Of a stretch of DNA of 64,000 nt, positions 62,085 through 64,000 are shown piece after piece. Source of the stretch: Euprymna scolopes (Eukaryota); NCBI GenBank assembly GCA_053919585.1, contig CM132793.1. One strand, written 5' to 3'. A program made the position numbers and the translations under genes. The notes beneath the pieces were generated by a model, which saw nothing but the letters and a program-made list of their open reading frames with translations, made no database searches and was not told the DNA's origin. Position 1 is the first letter of the stretch; each line of letters starts with the position of its first letter.

Positions 62085-62460
62085 ACACAGTGATCACCAC
62101 TTATCAAGGCCCGGAAGCCACTCAGGGATAAGGGTTATTGCAAGTACATTGCAAGGGGGCGGTTCATTAGGAATTTGTTAACATTGGACTTGAAGATATC
62201 CAAGTTGTAGTCCGGTGGGAAGCAGGCAGACGGAACAGAGTTCCACAGGTGTGCAGTTCTAAGAAAGAAGCTTTGTTCATGGAATCCGCGTTTTTTTTTT
62301 GAATTGGTTGACTTGCCGAGGGTAGGTCGGTGCGGAAGAAAGGAGTGCTGGTAGCTGTGACCAACACGGCCGGTGGTCCGTTAATCAAAGAACCTGAGTG
62401 CCTATTCCTTACAAGTTAAATAGACATTCCAGTCACGCGTGAATCTCGTTGACTGAGAGT
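62085..62460 (-). mobile_element. 5'-truncated CR1/L2-type LINE
   Basis: Minus frame SFFLRTAHLWNSVPSACFPPDYNLDIFKSNVNKFL (typical ORF2 C-terminus), then 3' UTR CCCTTATCCCTGAGTGGC..CCTTGATAA and A-rich tail. Confidence 0.85.
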
Positions 62461-62994
62461 TGGAGTAGATAAAAAGGGGTGGCCGCTCTACTGTTGTAGT
62501 AGTCGTTGTTGTCTTTTAGACAAATTGCACTTCGATCATCGTTACCCATTTGTTACTTTTACAAGGAAAGACTGCTTGTAAGCAACGTCGACATTTCGTT
62601 GCAAGACTTAAACCGTCTTTTCTTCCCCTTCCCCTACTCGTCGGTATGCTAATTCACACACTACAGCTTCGAAACACATGCCTTTATCTTGCGCTAAAGT
62701 TGTGATGAGTGGTGGGCAAAAATAAATAGAAAGTCTAATGATCACTGTAGGCTTACCACACTGACTGAAATGAATTCAGAAAGAAATTCTATACCATATA
62801 ATGATGTTAACGGTGGGTGTTTTCTGTTCAGCTCATCGTACATAATAATGATCATTTATATATGAAAAATTAAATAACTGACATAATTCTATAATCTTAT
62901 GTGAATATTTATGTAATATATCTAGATGAATAGTGAGTTCAAACTCTGGTGAAGCATAATTATTTTTATTGTAATTTTTTGATACAGTGTACAG

Positions 62995-63055
<61 letters not shown>

Positions 63056-63954
63056 GTATATATATGTAAGAGAGAGAGAGAGATAGCAATAGATAAATAC
63101 AAAATAATAATTGTAAGTTACATCTTATCAAAATAAATTAAGTACAGTATGTTTTTATATATAAAAACCTTTTGATGCACATCCATGTTTCAGATAATTA
63201 ATCCGAATTTATTGGTTTAAATTTAGAACATTTCTTTCTTGTTATTATTACTAAAGATTGTTCTTTATAGAAATGCGACGTATATCCTCTGCTTGTGTTA
63301 CATTTTTAACATGAACTGTTCTGTAGAGAATTCTTAGTGGCATCGAAAATATTCCATTCTCTCTTTACCTTAAACCGAAAGTAGGTAGAAATATTGATTT
63401 TTATTTCCGAAGGGGTGGGGCAAAATATATGTCAAATTATAGGCACAAGAAGTCACTCCTATTGAGTTTATGTCTTTGCAGAGGCTGCAATATCTTGGTC
63501 AGCTATAAAGATCGTTCTCTTTCATTTTGAATTCTCTACTTTGACGCACCTTTTTTTCATCTTCTTACTTATATAAGTTGTATGATTTCCTATCTTTCTT
63601 TCTGACAACAGATGTTCTTGCAACTTTATTTGACTTGACAACTTGTCATTTTCTTACACTCCTTTTAAGTCAGGGTTCTTGAGACATTCAAACATCTGTT
63701 CCTTATTGATCTAGAATAATTTTCAAGTAGTCTTTAAAACTGAATCAGTTATGATTTTGGTCTTAAATATTGGACGACTTTAGATATTTTTTAATTACCA
63801 TTTGTTCATCGAATTCAAATATTCCACAGGCATATTTTTATCATACATTGTGAAACATAGCATTAAGCACTAATATACACTATAAACTGTTACCTCTCAC
63901 TAACACTAATTCCTATAGTACACCAACTACAACTTCCTCCTCTTACTTTTTACT

Positions 63955-64000
63955 AATGAGTCACGGCTTATCAAGGGCTGTGGACCACACGAGGATAAGG
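63955..64000 (-). mobile_element. LINE 3' end, continuing beyond the window
   Basis: TTATCAAGGGCTGTGGACCACACGAGGATAAGG. Confidence 0.6.

Overview
AT-rich, repeat-dominated eukaryotic DNA, most consistent with an invertebrate animal. No host protein-coding gene can be supported. The only long intact ORF (42203-46336) is the gag-pol of a complete, apparently very young Ty1/copia LTR retrotransposon with GalEa-like features (identical 140-bp LTRs, AAAAG TSD, tRNA-iMet PBS). The rest is a layered mosaic of non-autonomous Helitrons, MITEs, hAT-like elements, CR1/L2-type LINE remnants, mariner and DD37D remnants, gypsy remnants, a solo LTR, 5S-derived SINE-like pieces and (TA)n tracts. The most striking structure is a set of Mutator-like foldback elements (9-bp TSDs in family A) from two families with different repeat words but the same end grammar: a polar, non-inverted 7-bp cap (GGTGC-C/T-C/G at one end, GAATTTA at the other), then a 15-bp-period array, then one extra site offset by exactly 27 bp. 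One copy has its interior flipped relative to the polar caps and carries a nested copy of its own family. All calls come from reading the sequence by eye; no searches were run, and boundaries of degenerate elements are approximate.
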